Source: Chitinophagaceae bacterium (GTDB lineage: Bacteria > Bacteroidota > Bacteroidia > Chitinophagales > Chitinophagaceae). Taken from it: DNA of 64,000 bases. The stretch spans positions 6,286 through 70,285 of the forward strand of contig CANCPA010000001.1 of assembly GCA_947379895.1 (NCBI GenBank), read 5' to 3'. This document shows positions 49,425 through 60,744 of this stretch, one piece after another. The notes below the pieces were generated by a model. It saw only the letters and a list, made by a program, of their open reading frames with translations, was not told the origin of the DNA and did no database searches. Each line of letters begins with the position of its first letter. Position 1 is the first letter of the stretch. Both the position numbers and the translations under genes were made by a program.

Positions 49425-49892
49425 ATGGCAGTAGATATTGTAAAACAAATAGAAGATTGGTTACACGGAGTATTTACCGACAACCCTACATTGTTTTTGG
49501 TTAGCATAAAAGTGAAGCCTACAAACAACATTAAAGTATTTATTGACGGAGATGAAGGATTCCCGATAGATATGTGCGTTCGCATCAATAGAAAGCTTTA
49601 TAAATTGATTGAAGAAAACGGTTTTTATCCTGAAGGAGACTTTAGTCTTGAGGTTTCAAGTCCAGGACTCGGAGAACCTTTAAAACTTCATAGACAATAC
49701 ACAAAAAACATTGGAAGGGACATAGAAGTGGTTTTCACTGATTCAAGCATTAAAGAAGGAAAACTGATTGCAGTAGCCGAATCAGATATTATCATCGAAC
49801 AAACAGAGGGAAAAGGTAAAAAAGCAATAGTTCAACAAATAGTGATTCCTTTAAGTAACATAAAATCAACAACAGTTCAAATAAAATTTTAA
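49425..49892 (+). CDS. rimP: Ribosome maturation factor RimP
   Basis: FSLEVSSPGLGEPL...RQY.KNIGR motif; position upstream of nusA. Confidence 0.95.
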   Translation: MAVDIVKQIEDWLHGVFTDNPTLFLVSIKVKPTNNIKVFIDGDEGFPIDMCVRINRKLYKLIEENGFYPEGDFSLEVSSPGLGEPLKLHRQYTKNIGRDIEVVFTDSSIKEGKLIAVAESDIIIEQTEGKGKKAIVQQIVIPLSNIKSTTVQIKF

Positions 49893-49924
49893 AGTATCAA
49901 TTAGAAATAAAGACTTTTTAGATT

Positions 49925-51178
49925 ATGGCAAGTATTAACTTAATAGATGCGTTTCAGGATTTCAAGGATGAAGAAAAGTTAGATCGTCTCACTATGATGA
50001 AATTGGTTGAGGATGTTTTTAAAACATTACTCAGAAAGAAATATGGTAGCGACGAAAACTTTGATGTAATTGTAAATGCTGAAAAAGGGGATTTAGAAAT
50101 TATCCGTAGAAGAATGATTATGGATGATGACGATGTAAATGACCCATTAGCAGAAGTTGCATATTCGGAAGCGACTAAAATTGAGCCCGATTTTGAAGTG
50201 GGAGAAGAACTATACGAAGAAGTTGATATGCTTGACTTCGGTCGTAGGGCAATCCTAGCTGCTAAACAAACTCTTGCAGGCAGGATTAGCGAAATGAAGA
50301 AAACAGTCTTAATTAAAAAATACGAAGACAGAATAGGAGAAATTATTTCGGCTGAGATTTATCAGGTTTGGAAGAAAGAAGTTTTATTACTTGATGAAGA
50401 AGGTAATGAATTAATTCTGCCTAAATCAGAACAAATTCCTAACGACTTTTATAAAAAAGGAGATAATGCTAGGGCTGTTATTATTAGAGTTGATGTAAAA
50501 AACAACAATCCTGTTATCATACTTTCTAGAACTAGTCCTTTATTTTTAGCTAAACTATTAGAAATAGAAGTTCCTGAAATTTATGATGGCTTAATAGCTA
50601 TCAAGAAAATTGTTCGTGAACCAGGAGAAAGAGCAAAAGTTGCAGTAGAAAGCTACGATGATAGAATTGATCCTGTAGGTGCTTGTGTGGGTATGAAGGG
50701 TAGCAGAATTCACGGCATAGTTAGAGAATTAAAGAATGAGAATATCGACGTGATTAATTTTACTAACAATGTTCAATTATTAATTCAACGTTCATTAACG
50801 CCTGCGAAGATCAGTTACATGAAAATTGACGAAGAACGCAAACAAGTAGATGTTTATTTGAAAGCAGACCAAGTTTCATTAGCGATAGGAAGACGAGGCG
50901 TAAACATTAAATTGGCTTGCGAATTGACAGGTTACGAAATTGATGCATTCCGTGAAGATGAAGAACAAACTAGTGAGTTTGACATTGACTTGGATGAATT
51001 TGTAGATGAAATAGAACCTTGGGTTATCGATGAATTCAAGCGTGTAGGTTGTGATACTGCTAGAAGTGTATTGTCATTAACACCTAGTGAATTAGAAAGA
51101 AGAACTGACCTCGAAAAAGAAACAATTGCCGATGTTATTAAGGTTCTAAAGGAAGAATTTGAAAGAGAAGAGGAATAA
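49925..51178 (+). CDS. nusA: Transcription termination/antitermination factor NusA
   Basis: S1 and KH domains (REPGERAKVAV, DPVGACVGMKGSRI, AIGRRGVNIKLA). Confidence 0.98.
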   Translation: MASINLIDAFQDFKDEEKLDRLTMMKLVEDVFKTLLRKKYGSDENFDVIVNAEKGDLEIIRRRMIMDDDDVNDPLAEVAYSEATKIEPDFEVGEELYEEVDMLDFGRRAILAAKQTLAGRISEMKKTVLIKKYEDRIGEIISAEIYQVWKKEVLLLDEEGNELILPKSEQIPNDFYKKGDNARAVIIRVDVKNNNPVIILSRTSPLFLAKLLEIEVPEIYDGLIAIKKIVREPGERAKVAVESYDDRIDPVGACVGMKGSRIHGIVRELKNENIDVINFTNNVQLLIQRSLTPAKISYMKIDEERKQVDVYLKADQVSLAIGRRGVNIKLACELTGYEIDAFREDEEQTSEFDIDLDEFVDEIEPWVIDEFKRVGCDTARSVLSLTPSELERRTDLEKETIADVIKVLKEEFEREEE

Positions 51179-51327
51179 TCTTCGTTTTTTTAAGTTTAGA
51201 AGGTTACTTTGTGGTTGTTAAAGGTATAAAAAATAGATACTACCATGTAAAAGAAGAAGTTTTTTTGTAACAAAATAATATACAAACGATTATACTAAGG
51301 TATAATCTGTGGATTAAAAAGCACTGA

Positions 51328-54300
51328 ATGTCAGAATTGAAATTACCTAGATTATTGGCTGCGGCTAAAGAGTTTAATGTTGGGCAAGATACCCTAATAG
51401 ACTTTTTGGCAAAAAAAGGATTCAATAAAGAAGAATTGAAGCCTGCTGCAAAGCTTACTGAACCTATGTACTATGCTTTGCAAGGTGAGTTTCAGAACGA
51501 TAAGCAGGCAAAAAACAAGGCTGATTTGGTCGAAATACCTAAAAGCCAACAAAATGAAAGGAGAAAACGTGATGAAGAAGATCTTTCTTTTAGAAAAGAT
51601 TTCAAGAAACCTCTTTTCAAAGAAGAGCCTACGAAAGCAGACAATGATGTAGTTGTTCCTTCAGGAAAACCTGTTTCGGAAGTTGAAAATAAAGTGATCC
51701 CTCAAGCAACCTTACCTGTAGTAGAAAAGGTAGCACCGGGTGTAATTTGGGATGAAATTAATAAAGTTCAAGAAACGCCAAAAGTTGTAGTAGACAATTG
51801 GGGTTCTGTCGTTAAAATTGAAGCTCCTGAATTAGAAGGACCTAAGATTTTAAGTAAGATAGACTTATCTGCGATTGATTCATCTACAAGACCAAGAAAG
51901 GCTTCACCACGTCAAGAAGAAGAAAAGGTAGAAGCACCAAAAGAATCGGTTGTTTCTCAACCTACAACTCCGGTTTCAGTACCTTCTCCACCGGTACAAG
52001 AAGTAGTAGCGCCAATCGTCACAGTTGAGCCTGTAAAGGAAGTTGTTAAAGAAACCCCTCCTGTAGTTAAAGAAGTAGTAGCAGAAGTATTGGAACAAAA
52101 AGCACCTGCTATTGAACCAATTATTACTTCGCCAAAGCCTACTGCGGAGATACCTGCTGTAGAAACGCCTATAATTGCGGCAGCACAAGTTCATTTTGAA
52201 GAAAGTATTTCTACAATTAGTCCTGTTGCAACAGAAGAAGCACCTCTAATAGAAAATATTCAGGCTGAAAAGTTAACGGGACCAAAGATTTTAGGAAAAA
52301 TTGAGCTACCAGTTGATAGTGATACAAGACCTAAACCTTCTAGTGCCGAGGACAAGAAAAAGAGAAAAAGAATACCTGTTGATAATAGAAAAGTTGGTGG
52401 TGGACATCGTCCTCATCATCCTAGCAACCAAGGGTTTAATCAAGGGCAACATCCAAATCATGGTCAAGCCATTGGTCAAGGGCATCATCCTAATCAAGGA
52501 TTTAATCCAAATCAAGGTCAAAGTACTGGTCAAGGACATCATCCAAGTCAAGGATTCCATCCAAATCAAGGTCAGAATCAAGGACATGGTCATTTTCAAA
52601 ACAGAGGACCTTATCAAAATAATCAAGGAGGATTTAACAGAGATCGTGAAAATAGACCTGTAGGTTCTCCAAATCAACATCCAAATCATCCACCTCAAGC
52701 ACCTGGAACAGGTACAACAAGACCAATTGTTCCTGCAAACAATCGTGGTGGTGGATCAGGAGGTGGTGGATTTAATAGAGATAATCGTGGTGCAGGAGGT
52801 GGTGGCTATAACCGTGGTGCAGGAGGCGGTCGCGGTGGTAATCGTAGAGATGATAAGGAAATAGATGCAAAAGAAATTCAAGATAAGATAAAAGAAACAC
52901 AAGCAAAACTTGCTGGTGGAGGTGGACGTGGAAAAAGCTTGAAGGCAAAATACCGTAGAGCAAAGAGAGAAGAAGCCGCCGAAGCAATGGGCGACATGGA
53001 GGGAGAAGACAACAAACTACAAGTAACTGAGTTTGTTACTGTAAGTGAGTTGGCTAACTTAATGGACGTTAGTTTTGCTGATGTGATTGGCAAGTGTATG
53101 GGTCTTGGAATCATGGTTAGTATAAATCAACGTCTTGATGCAGAAGTTATCGAATTGGTAGCGAGTGAATTTGACTATGAAGTTGAATTCCTAGGCGTTG
53201 ATGATATTGAAGAAATGGACGAAGATGAGGAAGAGGAAGAAGCTGCTGAAGCTGAAACTCGTCCTCCAATTGTTACAATCATGGGTCACGTCGATCATGG
53301 TAAGACTTCCTTATTGGATCATATACGTAGTGCAAATGTTGTGGCTGGAGAAGCAGGTGGTATCACACAGCACATTGGGGCTTATGAAGTAACGCTTCCT
53401 AATGGCAAAGCGATTACATTCTTGGATACTCCTGGTCACGAAGCGTTTACTGCGATGCGTGCTAGAGGTGCTAAAGTAACGGATATTGCTGTTATTGTTG
53501 TTGCAGCAGACGATGCGGTGATGCCTCAAACAAAAGAAGCAATCAGTCACGCACAAGCTGCAGGTGTTCCAATGATATTTGCAGTAAACAAGATTGATAA
53601 GGATGGAGCTAATCCTCAAAAAATATATGAACAACTAGCCGGTATGAATATATTGGTAGAAAGTTGGGGTGGTAAATATCAAAGTCAAGAATTATCCGCT
53701 AAAAAAGCAATAAATGTTGATTTGTTATTAGAAAAGATATTGCTTGAAGCAGAATTATTAGATGTGAAAGCAAATCCAAAAAAAGATGCCACAGGTTCGA
53801 TAATTGAAGCATCATTGGACAAAGGACGTGGTTACGTTGCTACCATACTTGTTCAAAATGGTACGCTACGTCAAGGCGATTTGTTAGTTTCAGGTCAACA
53901 TTATGGTCGTGTAAAGGCAATGTTTAATGAACGTAATCAACGAGTTAATGAAGCACCACCATCAACACCTGTAGTTATATTAGGCTTGAATGGTGCGCCA
54001 CAGGCAGGAGAAAAATTCAAGGTATATCAAGATGAAGGAGAAGCTAAGGAAGTAGCAACTAAACGTGCACAGATTTCTCGTGAACAAGGTCTTCGTGCTA
54101 GAAAACACATTACTTTAGATGAAATTGGTCGTCGTTTGGCACTTGGTAACTTTAAAGAATTAAATATTATCATTAAGGGGGATGTGGATGGTTCGGTAGA
54201 AGCATTGAGTGATTCGTTACAAAAACTATCTAATCAGGAAATTGCAATTCGAGTAGTTCACAAGGCTGTAGGTCAAATTTCTGAAAGTGATATCTTGTTA

Positions 54301-54780
54301 GCAGCAGCCTCTGATGCAATTATTGTAGGATTTAATGTTCGTCCTTCTTCTCAAGCTAATAAATTAGCAGAAAATGAAGGGGTGCAAGTTAAGATGTACT
54401 CAATCATTTATACGGCTATTGATGAAATTAGAAGTGCAATGGAAGGTATGCTTGAGCCTAAGGTTGAGGAAAAAGAAGTTGCTACTGTTGAGGTTAGAGA
54501 AGTATATAAGTTTGATAAAGCAACTGTTGCAGGTTGTTATGTTCAAGAAGGTAAGATTAAGCGTGACCATAAAATTCGTGTATTTAGAGATGGTATACTT
54601 GTATATCCTCGTCAAGAAGGTGGATTTGCTGAATTAGGCAGTTTAAAACGCTTTAAAGACGACATGAAGGAAGTTAATAACGGATATGAGTGCGGATTGA
54701 CTGTTAAGGGCTTTAGCGACTTAAATATCAATGACTCAATCATTGCTTATGAAGAAGAAGAAGTTAAGAGAACACTTTAA
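51328..54780 (+). CDS. infB: Translation initiation factor IF-2
   Basis: G-domain [20 protein letters not shown] and NKID; long disordered N-terminus. Confidence 0.98.
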   Translation: MSELKLPRLLAAAKEFNVGQDTLIDFLAKKGFNKEELKPAAKLTEPMYYALQGEFQNDKQAKNKADLVEIPKSQQNERRKRDEEDLSFRKDFKKPLFKEEPTKADNDVVVPSGKPVSEVENKVIPQATLPVVEKVAPGVIWDEINKVQETPKVVVDNWGSVVKIEAPELEGPKILSKIDLSAIDSSTRPRKASPRQEEEKVEAPKESVVSQPTTPVSVPSPPVQEVVAPIVTVEPVKEVVKETPPVVKEVVAEVLEQKAPAIEPIITSPKPTAEIPAVETPIIAAAQVHFEESISTISPVATEEAPLIENIQAEKLTGPKILGKIELPVDSDTRPKPSSAEDKKKRKRIPVDNRKVGGGHRPHHPSNQGFNQGQHPNHGQAIGQGHHPNQGFNPNQGQSTGQGHHPSQGFHPNQGQNQGHGHFQNRGPYQNNQGGFNRDRENRPVGSPNQHPNHPPQAPGTGTTRPIVPANNRGGGSGGGGFNRDNRGAGGGGYNRGAGGGRGGNRRDDKEIDAKEIQDKIKETQAKLAGGGGRGKSLKAKYRRAKREEAAEAMGDMEGEDNKLQVTEFVTVSELANLMDVSFADVIGKCMGLGIMVSINQRLDAEVIELVASEFDYEVEFLGVDDIEEMDEDEEEEEAAEAETRPPIVTIMGHVDHGKTSLLDHIRSANVVAGEAGGITQHIGAYEVTLPNGKAITFLDTPGHEAFTAMRARGAKVTDIAVIVVAADDAVMPQTKEAISHAQAAGVPMIFAVNKIDKDGANPQKIYEQLAGMNILVESWGGKYQSQELSAKKAINVDLLLEKILLEAELLDVKANPKKDATGSIIEASLDKGRGYVATILVQNGTLRQGDLLVSGQHYGRVKAMFNERNQRVNEAPPSTPVVILGLNGAPQAGEKFKVYQDEGEAKEVATKRAQISREQGLRARKHITLDEIGRRLALGNFKELNIIIKGDVDGSVEALSDSLQKLSNQEIAIRVVHKAVGQISESDILLAAASDAIIVGFNVRPSSQANKLAENEGVQVKMYSIIYTAIDEIRSAMEGMLEPKVEEKEVATVEVREVYKFDKATVAGCYVQEGKIKRDHKIRVFRDGILVYPRQEGGFAELGSLKRFKDDMKEVNNGYECGLTVKGFSDLNINDSIIAYEEEEVKRTL

Positions 54781-54811
54781 TGAAAACTGATTTATAAGTT
54801 TCAAATAATAA

Positions 54812-54858
54812 ACAAATAATAAAAGCGAACCCAGATTGAGTTCGCTTTTATTATTTGT
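54812..54858 (+). terminator. Intrinsic terminator after infB
   Basis: Perfect 19-bp stem ACAAATAATAAAAGCGAAC-9 nt-GTTCGCTTTTATTATTTGT. Confidence 0.85.
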
Positions 54859-54961
54859 CTACTTTATTTTAATGGATATAGCAGATAGTATACTTGCTAC
54901 TAACATATATTTTGAAAAATTAAACCCTATCTCACAAATAAATAAAAATAAATTTGAATTG

Positions 54962-55780
54962 ATGAATTATACTGAAATTGAAATACAGACTATTGATGTT
55001 GTTCTAATTGACTTATTGGTTGCTGAATTATCTTCTATTGGGTTTGACGGTTTTGAAGAAACAGAAATAGGTTTAAAAGCATTCTCTTCTGAAGATAACT
55101 ATGATAAAGAAGCATTTAAATCAATAATCAATAAACATCAACTTCAATTTACTCAGATAGAGATTCCTCAGCAAAACTGGAATGAATTATGGGAAAGTAA
55201 TTTTAGTCCAATAACTGTGGAAGACTTTGTAGGCATTAGGGCATCATTCCATGAAACATTAATAAATGTTGCGCATGAAATAATTATTACACCAAAAATG
55301 AGCTTCGGAACGGGTCATCATGCAACCACTTATATGATGATGTTATTAATGAGAGATATTGATTTCAACAAAAAATCGGTATTTGACTTTGGTACTGGAA
55401 CAGGTATTCTTGCCATACTTGCAGAGAAATTAGGCGCATTAGATATTGAAGCAGTTGATTATGATAATTGGTGCATTGAAAATTCAATAGAAAATATTGA
55501 GCGAAATAATTCAACTCATATAAAAATTTCAAAAGCAGACAATGCAGTAACAAATAGAAAGTTTGACATTGTATTAGCCAATATCAACAAAAATATAATA
55601 CTCGCAAATATTGAATCTCTAACTATTGATGCAGCAAAAGGTAGCCAAATTCTATTGAGTGGTTTACTTGAGGAAGATGAAAAAGATATATTAGAAGCAA
55701 CAAATGAAAAAGGGTGGCATTATACCAAAACAATTAAGAAAGACAAGTGGATTGCAATTCAATTTAAAATGCCAATTTAG
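54962..55780 (+). CDS. prmA: 50S ribosomal protein L11 methyltransferase
   Basis: PKMSFGTGHHATT, DFGTGTGIL and ANIN motifs; start placed at MNYTEIEI. Confidence 0.95.
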   Translation: MNYTEIEIQTIDVVLIDLLVAELSSIGFDGFEETEIGLKAFSSEDNYDKEAFKSIINKHQLQFTQIEIPQQNWNELWESNFSPITVEDFVGIRASFHETLINVAHEIIITPKMSFGTGHHATTYMMMLLMRDIDFNKKSVFDFGTGTGILAILAEKLGALDIEAVDYDNWCIENSIENIERNNSTHIKISKADNAVTNRKFDIVLANINKNIILANIESLTIDAAKGSQILLSGLLEEDEKDILEATNEKGWHYTKTIKKDKWIAIQFKMPI

Positions 55781-55993
55781 TCAATAAGGTGTGGCGATAT
55801 TTTAATACTAATTATTTTGTACTGAAAGATATTTTTAGCAACACTTATTAAAGAGCAATAAATTTTTTCAAGAAATGAGTTGTCAATTAAGCAGCAATAA
55901 ACAATGATGTACCCTGTAAACTCCTTCTAATTCAAAGCTGTTTTCTATATTCGTATTAGACGGAAACTTATATAATAATACTACTAGATAATA

Positions 55994-56683
55994 CTAGAAG
56001 TTATAACAAATCCTTACACCCAAAACTAGATTAGGAACCACGGTTTTTCCACCGTTTGCATCAACAATTTGTCGAATAGAAAGAATGCTAAAATCAATAG
56101 GCAAATCAATTGTATCGTAATTCTTATCAAACTCCTTATAATAGGTAGTTACGTCTCTAAATCGAATGCCTAGTCCACCATATGCATCAATAGTAAAACC
56201 CTTATACAATTTTTTCTGAAAGCCATATAACAGATTTAAAGAAAACACTTCCTTTTTCACCCCAAATCCATCTTTTCTCCCATTTGCACTATCCTTATTT
56301 GGATAATATGTAATCTGAGGATTGTGATAGTTTTGAAAGAAAGAGGCATTTATAGCAAAATAAGATCCTTCCATATTCGCACCATTCTTTTTAAAATAAT
56401 GCCTCAATTCTGATCTTAACTTATAGCCCCGGGAAGCTACAAAACACGTATCTAAGTTTTCACTCATACACTCCCTATATTTGATTCCTAATTCATTATA
56501 CCACGAGAGTCTATTAGAAAGTCTCACTTCAACACCTCCTTGTATTGTTGGAAATCCAATGTCATCTATAAGTGGTAATGGAGAAAACTTTATAGAGACC
56601 TTATCAGTTTGAGCGAAAAGTGAAGAATAAACGAATAGGAAAAGTAACAGGAATAAACAGGAAAAAGAAGGGAACTTTTTCAT
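55994..56683 (-). CDS. Outer-membrane beta-barrel protein (DUF3575-like)
   Basis: Signal peptide, alternating aromatic strands, DAYGGLGIRF, C-terminal LGVRICYNF. Confidence 0.6.
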   Translation of the reverse strand: MKKFPSFSCLFLLLFLFVYSSLFAQTDKVSIKFSPLPLIDDIGFPTIQGGVEVRLSNRLSWYNELGIKYRECMSENLDTCFVASRGYKLRSELRHYFKKNGANMEGSYFAINASFFQNYHNPQITYYPNKDSANGRKDGFGVKKEVFSLNLLYGFQKKLYKGFTIDAYGGLGIRFRDVTTYYKEFDKNYDTIDLPIDFSILSIRQIVDANGGKTVVPNLVLGVRICYNF

Positions 56684-56972
56684 CTTAAATAAATTTCGAC
56701 CAAAGTAATACTAAAATATTATCCAAGATTTATTATCTAAGACAGAAAAGGAAGAATAACCACAAATCGATGTTAAAAATAAAAAGTTAGGCAATAAAAG
56801 CATGTTATAATGGCTTATTCTGAATATACTTTAATCAATTCTCCAAAAAGATGAAGAGGACCAACAGTATATATTTAAAAGAAACTTTGAAGCATTTAAT
56901 ATAAATCAATGCCAAATTTTTAAAATAAATCTATTTGCACCAACACATATATTAATAACTATCTTAAGAAAA

Positions 56973-58436
56973 CTAGCCTTTCAGATTAGAGTTTTTAAAC
57001 CCTTCTAACAACTGCTTAGATATATTTAATAATTTAGTCTCTTCAAAATGATTAACCATAATCTGTAAGCCAAACGGCAATCCATTACTATGCTTGAACA
57101 AAGGGATAGAAATTGCAGGAACACCTACAAGATTGGCATAAACAGTATAAATATCAGCTAAATACATTTCAATTGGGTCGTCACTCTTCTCGCCTATCTT
57201 AAAAGCTGTAGTAGGTACGGTGGGTGAAATCAATGCATCATAATTCTTAAATAAGTCATCGGTAGTATTACACAATAACCTTCTTACTTGCTGAGCCTTT
57301 GTAAAGTAGGCATCAAAATAACCTGAACTCAATACAAAAGTCCCTAATAAAATACGACGTTGTACTTCCTTACCAAACCCTTCACTTCTCGACTTTTTAT
57401 AGAGAGCAGTTAAATCATCGTTCTTAGCAAGTTTGGCACGATAACCAAACTTGACTCCATCAAAACGAGAAAGATTACTACTCGCTTCGGCAGTGGTAAG
57501 GATATAATAAGTAGGAACAATATAAGGCAACAAACTAAAGTCAACCGCTTCTACAATATGACCCTGAGCTTGTAAAGAGGCAATATATTCTTTTGTCTTC
57601 TCTGCGATTTCCTTATCCAATCCATCGTGTTCGAGGACTTCTTTGAAATAGGCAAAACGATATTTTTTGTCAGAAACAACTACTTCATTAGAATATTCAG
57701 GAACAGGTTTAACGGAAACAGTACTATCAAAATCATCTGACCCAGAAATTACTTCTAGGACGATAGCCGTATCATCAATATTTTTAGAGAATATACCTAT
57801 TTGGTCGAAGGAAGATGCGTAGGCAATCAAACCATAGCGGGAAATACGTCCATAAGAAGGCTTCATACCAACAACACCACAGAAATCGGCTGGTTGACGA
57901 ACAGAACCTCCTGTATCACTTCCCAAAGAAACCATACACAAATCTGCTTGAACAGCGACTGCAGAACCTCCCGAAGAACCACCTGGAACACGGCTTTCAT
58001 CAATTGCATTCTTAACAGCCCCAAAAGCAGAATTCTCATTGCTACTACCCATTGCAAATTCATCGCAATTATTACGACCAATGATGATGGCACCTTCTGC
58101 CAATAACTTTTCTACGGCAGTAGCATTATATATAGAAGTAAATCCTTCCAAAATCTTTGAAGATGCAGACACCTGATGTCCTTTATAACAGATAACATCT
58201 TTTAAGGCGAAAACAACACCATGCAATTTCCCCAAAGGCTTTCCTGCCATTCTTTCGGCATCTAACTCTGCAGCACGTTGCAAGGCCTCCGTTTCATAAA
58301 CTTCTAAAAATGCATTTAGTTGTTTATTATTGGCAATATTGTTCAAATAATATTGTACGGTTGTACGACATCCATCGTTATTAAATGCTAAAAATTGCTG
58401 ATATTCTTTTATTGAACTATACGCTGACAAAACCAA
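56973..58436 (-). CDS. gatA: Asp-tRNA(Asn)/Glu-tRNA(Gln) amidotransferase subunit A
   Basis: Amidase signature PGGSSGGSA, GSDTGGSVRQPA, RRILLGTFVLSSGYFDAY. Confidence 0.96.
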   Translation of the reverse strand: MVLSAYSSIKEYQQFLAFNNDGCRTTVQYYLNNIANNKQLNAFLEVYETEALQRAAELDAERMAGKPLGKLHGVVFALKDVICYKGHQVSASSKILEGFTSIYNATAVEKLLAEGAIIIGRNNCDEFAMGSSNENSAFGAVKNAIDESRVPGGSSGGSAVAVQADLCMVSLGSDTGGSVRQPADFCGVVGMKPSYGRISRYGLIAYASSFDQIGIFSKNIDDTAIVLEVISGSDDFDSTVSVKPVPEYSNEVVVSDKKYRFAYFKEVLEHDGLDKEIAEKTKEYIASLQAQGHIVEAVDFSLLPYIVPTYYILTTAEASSNLSRFDGVKFGYRAKLAKNDDLTALYKKSRSEGFGKEVQRRILLGTFVLSSGYFDAYFTKAQQVRRLLCNTTDDLFKNYDALISPTVPTTAFKIGEKSDDPIEMYLADIYTVYANLVGVPAISIPLFKHSNGLPFGLQIMVNHFEETKLLNISKQLLEGFKNSNLKG

Positions 58437-58458
58437 TTATTTTATGATTACTTAATTT

Positions 58459-58619
58459 GTTACTACCCAAAGTCTTACCACAAAGTCAACAAGGCAAAAA
58501 CAAGGAACACAAAGTTTTAAAATAAAATGTTTTAAATTTCCTTTCTAAAATCCTTTTTTAAAACTTGTGTTTATTTGTGAACCTATGTGATAATTGTGGT
58601 AAACCTCCTATGTTGTAAC
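58459..58619. mobile_element. MITE-like element, degenerate complete copy
   Basis: GTTACTACCC...TTACCACAAAG left arm and TTGTGGTAAACC...GTTGTAAC right arm. Flanks CTTAATTT / CTTTATAT match at 6 of 8 positions. Confidence 0.65.
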
Positions 58620-58719
58620 CTTTATATTTTTAATAAGAGAACTATTCTAAACTCAAGTATCTTTTTGTTAATTCTATCACTTTATACCCTAAACCATATA
58701 CCCTAAACCTATTACTTTC

Positions 58720-59574
58720 TTAACTCCACTCCGCTTCCTTTTCTTCCTTTTCCACTTTTTTGCAAAGTAATATACTTATCTCATACAAAATGACTAGAGG
58801 GATGGCACAAATAATTTGACTCAACATATCAGGAGGAGTTATTGCGCCTGAAACAATCAAAATGATTAAAATAGCATATTTCCTAACTCTTCTTAGATAA
58901 GATGCACTAACAATACCAGCCTTAGCCAAGAAAAACATGACTAAAGGCAACTGAAAGGCAAGTCCTGCACCGAGTATTAGGGGAATTACTGTATTAAAAT
59001 AGCTATTAATTGTCCATAGGTTTTCAATACTATCATCCAAAGAGAAGTTAGCAAAGAAATTGACTGTGTAGGGTGCTAAAACAAAATAACCAAAGAGTAC
59101 GCCAAGAAAGAATAGAAAGGACACCCAAAAGATGACTCCTCTAGTACTTTTTAATTCAGTAGTTGTTAATCCAGGTTTGATAAAACTCCAAAACTGTAGA
59201 AAGACGTAAGGGAATGCTAGTATGAATCCTCCAATTAGAATGATGTTGAAGTAAACACCAAATTGCCCACTTACAGCATTGCTTTGCATTTTAATATGAA
59301 TAGGTTCCAAACATAGCTTTGAACCAAGGTTTAATCGTTGACTTAAATCGCAAAGAAAGCGGTAGGTAGGAAAATCAGGATGAATGGGACCCATCAATAT
59401 TTTCTTTACAATGAAATCATTGAATACTGCCATCAAGATGGCACCAATTGCAATTGCCCAAACACATTTGAATAAATGCTTTCTCAACACATCTAAATGC
59501 TGAATGAATGACATTTCTGTGTTTGACTCGTTATTAGGTCGCCTATTAAATAAATTCAATAATAACTTTATCAC
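58720..59574 (-). CDS. tatC: Twin-arginine translocase subunit TatC
   Basis: EMSFIQHLDVLR, QFWSFIKPGL and AITPPD motifs; 6 TM segments. Confidence 0.96.
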   Translation of the reverse strand: MIKLLLNLFNRRPNNESNTEMSFIQHLDVLRKHLFKCVWAIAIGAILMAVFNDFIVKKILMGPIHPDFPTYRFLCDLSQRLNLGSKLCLEPIHIKMQSNAVSGQFGVYFNIILIGGFILAFPYVFLQFWSFIKPGLTTTELKSTRGVIFWVSFLFFLGVLFGYFVLAPYTVNFFANFSLDDSIENLWTINSYFNTVIPLILGAGLAFQLPLVMFFLAKAGIVSASYLRRVRKYAILIILIVSGAITPPDMLSQIICAIPLVILYEISILLCKKVEKEEKEAEWS

Positions 59575-59590
59575 ACGCTGTAAAATTTTT

Positions 59591-59741
59591 GTTACTACTC
59601 AATAGTTTTTACCACAAGGAACACTAAGCTTTTCACAAAGAAACACAAGGATTTTAAAACACATTCTCAAATTTCATTAGAAACTTTTGTGTTCCTTTTT
59701 TCTCCATTGTTTACTTTGTGGTAAACCCTCGGAATAGTAAC
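59591..59741. mobile_element. MITE-like element, complete copy
   Basis: GTTACTACTCAATAGTTTTTACCACAAGG ... CTTTGTGGTAAACCCTCGGAATAGTAAC; flanking direct repeat AATTTTT (59584-59590 / 59742-59748). Confidence 0.75.
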
Positions 59742-59753
59742 AATTTTTTATAT

Positions 59754-59783
59754 AAAAAAACCTCGCAGTAATTAATTGCGAGG
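59754..59783 (-). terminator. Terminator downstream of tatA
   Basis: CCTCGCA...TGCGAGG stem followed by T7 on the minus strand. Confidence 0.75.
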
Positions 59784-59829
59784 CTATTCTGTTAATACAT
59801 AAATTAATTATCAAGAGATAATAATAAAA

Positions 59830-60033
59830 TTACTTTGTAGTAGTAGAGTTTTTGTTATCAACTGAATCATTTACATGATCTGTGATTTCTCTTTTTACAT
59901 TGTCTTTAGCATCTTTAAATTCTCTGATACCTTTTCCTAAACCCTGCATTAGTTCAGGAAGTTTCTTGCCTCCAAACATCAATAAGATGAAGAATGCAAT
60001 CAATATGATGTGTGGGCCACTAAATAAATCCAT
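59830..60033 (-). CDS. tatA: Twin-arginine translocase subunit TatA
   Basis: [23 protein letters not shown] motif. Confidence 0.97.
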   Translation of the reverse strand: MDLFSGPHIILIAFFILLMFGGKKLPELMQGLGKGIREFKDAKDNVKREITDHVNDSVDNKNSTTTK

Positions 60034-60123
60034 AACACTTAATTTTAAACTTTGAAAAAAACAAAGCTAAGAGTAATATTCAGTTTTGTCAGTGTTAAAT
60101 TTTATAATTTCTTATAAAATTAA

Positions 60124-60477
60124 TTATTTCACACGCTTTTCCTTGATTCTAGCGCTCTTACCACTACGTTCACGTAGATAGAAAAGTTTAGCTCTACGAA
60201 CTTTACCTACCTTATTCAAAATAATTGAATCGATATTAGGAGACAACAAAGGAAATAAACGCTCTACACCTACACCGTCCGAAATCTTACGGACAGTAAA
60301 AGAAATAGTAGCTCCATCACCTTGAAGTTTGATAACATCTCCACGGAAACCCTGGATACGCTCCTTGCCACCTTCAACAATTTTATAATTAACAGTCACA
60401 TTATCACCTGCCTTAAACTTAGGGTGATTCTTCTTAACTGTAAGTTGATCGTGTATATATTGAACAGCTTCGTTCAT
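60124..60477 (-). CDS. rplS: 50S ribosomal protein L19
   Basis: FKAGDNVTV...EGGKERIQ and [11 protein letters not shown] motifs. Confidence 0.99.
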   Translation of the reverse strand: MNEAVQYIHDQLTVKKNHPKFKAGDNVTVNYKIVEGGKERIQGFRGDVIKLQGDGATISFTVRKISDGVGVERLFPLLSPNIDSIILNKVGKVRRAKLFYLRERSGKSARIKEKRVK

Positions 60478-60499
60478 AACTTTAAATTTTTTCGGACTG

Positions 60500-60531
60500 C
60501 AAATGTAGGGTTCTGATTTTATTAATCCAAA
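60500..60531 (-). promoter_or_regulatory. Housekeeping -33/-7 promoter of rplS
   Basis: Minus strand: TTTG, 20-bp spacer, TACATTTG. Confidence 0.8.
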
Positions 60532-60588
60532 AAAGTTTTTTATTTTATTTGGAAAACTATTTCATCAAGCTTATTTAAGGCCTTTATT

Positions 60589-60740
60589 GCTACTATTTAA
60601 TAGGTTTTACCTCAATGAAAATAAGGAAAAAACAAAGAAAACAAGGTGTATAATTAAATAGTTGGTTGACAAGAATCACAATTATATTCTAATCCTAGTA
60701 CCCTTTGTGCAAACTCTTGTGCACCTTGATGTAAAATTTC
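60589..60740. mobile_element. Highly degenerate copy of the GTTACTAC MITE-like family
   Basis: GCTACTATTTAATAGGTTTTACCTCAATG...ACAAAGAAAACAAGG aligns with the 59591 left arm; CTTTGTG...CTTGTG...CTTGATGTAAAA resembles the right arm. Confidence 0.5.
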
Positions 60741-60744
60741 CCAA

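Noticed and set aside
52301-53392. Off-frame ORFs inside infB
   Set aside because: They are by-products of the low-complexity repeat and codon bias.
56973-58436. gatA without gatB/gatC, alongside asnS in the same window
   Set aside because: Dispersed gat genes and co-occurrence with AsnRS are ordinary, since Gln-tRNA can still need the amidotransferase; the partners may lie outside the window.
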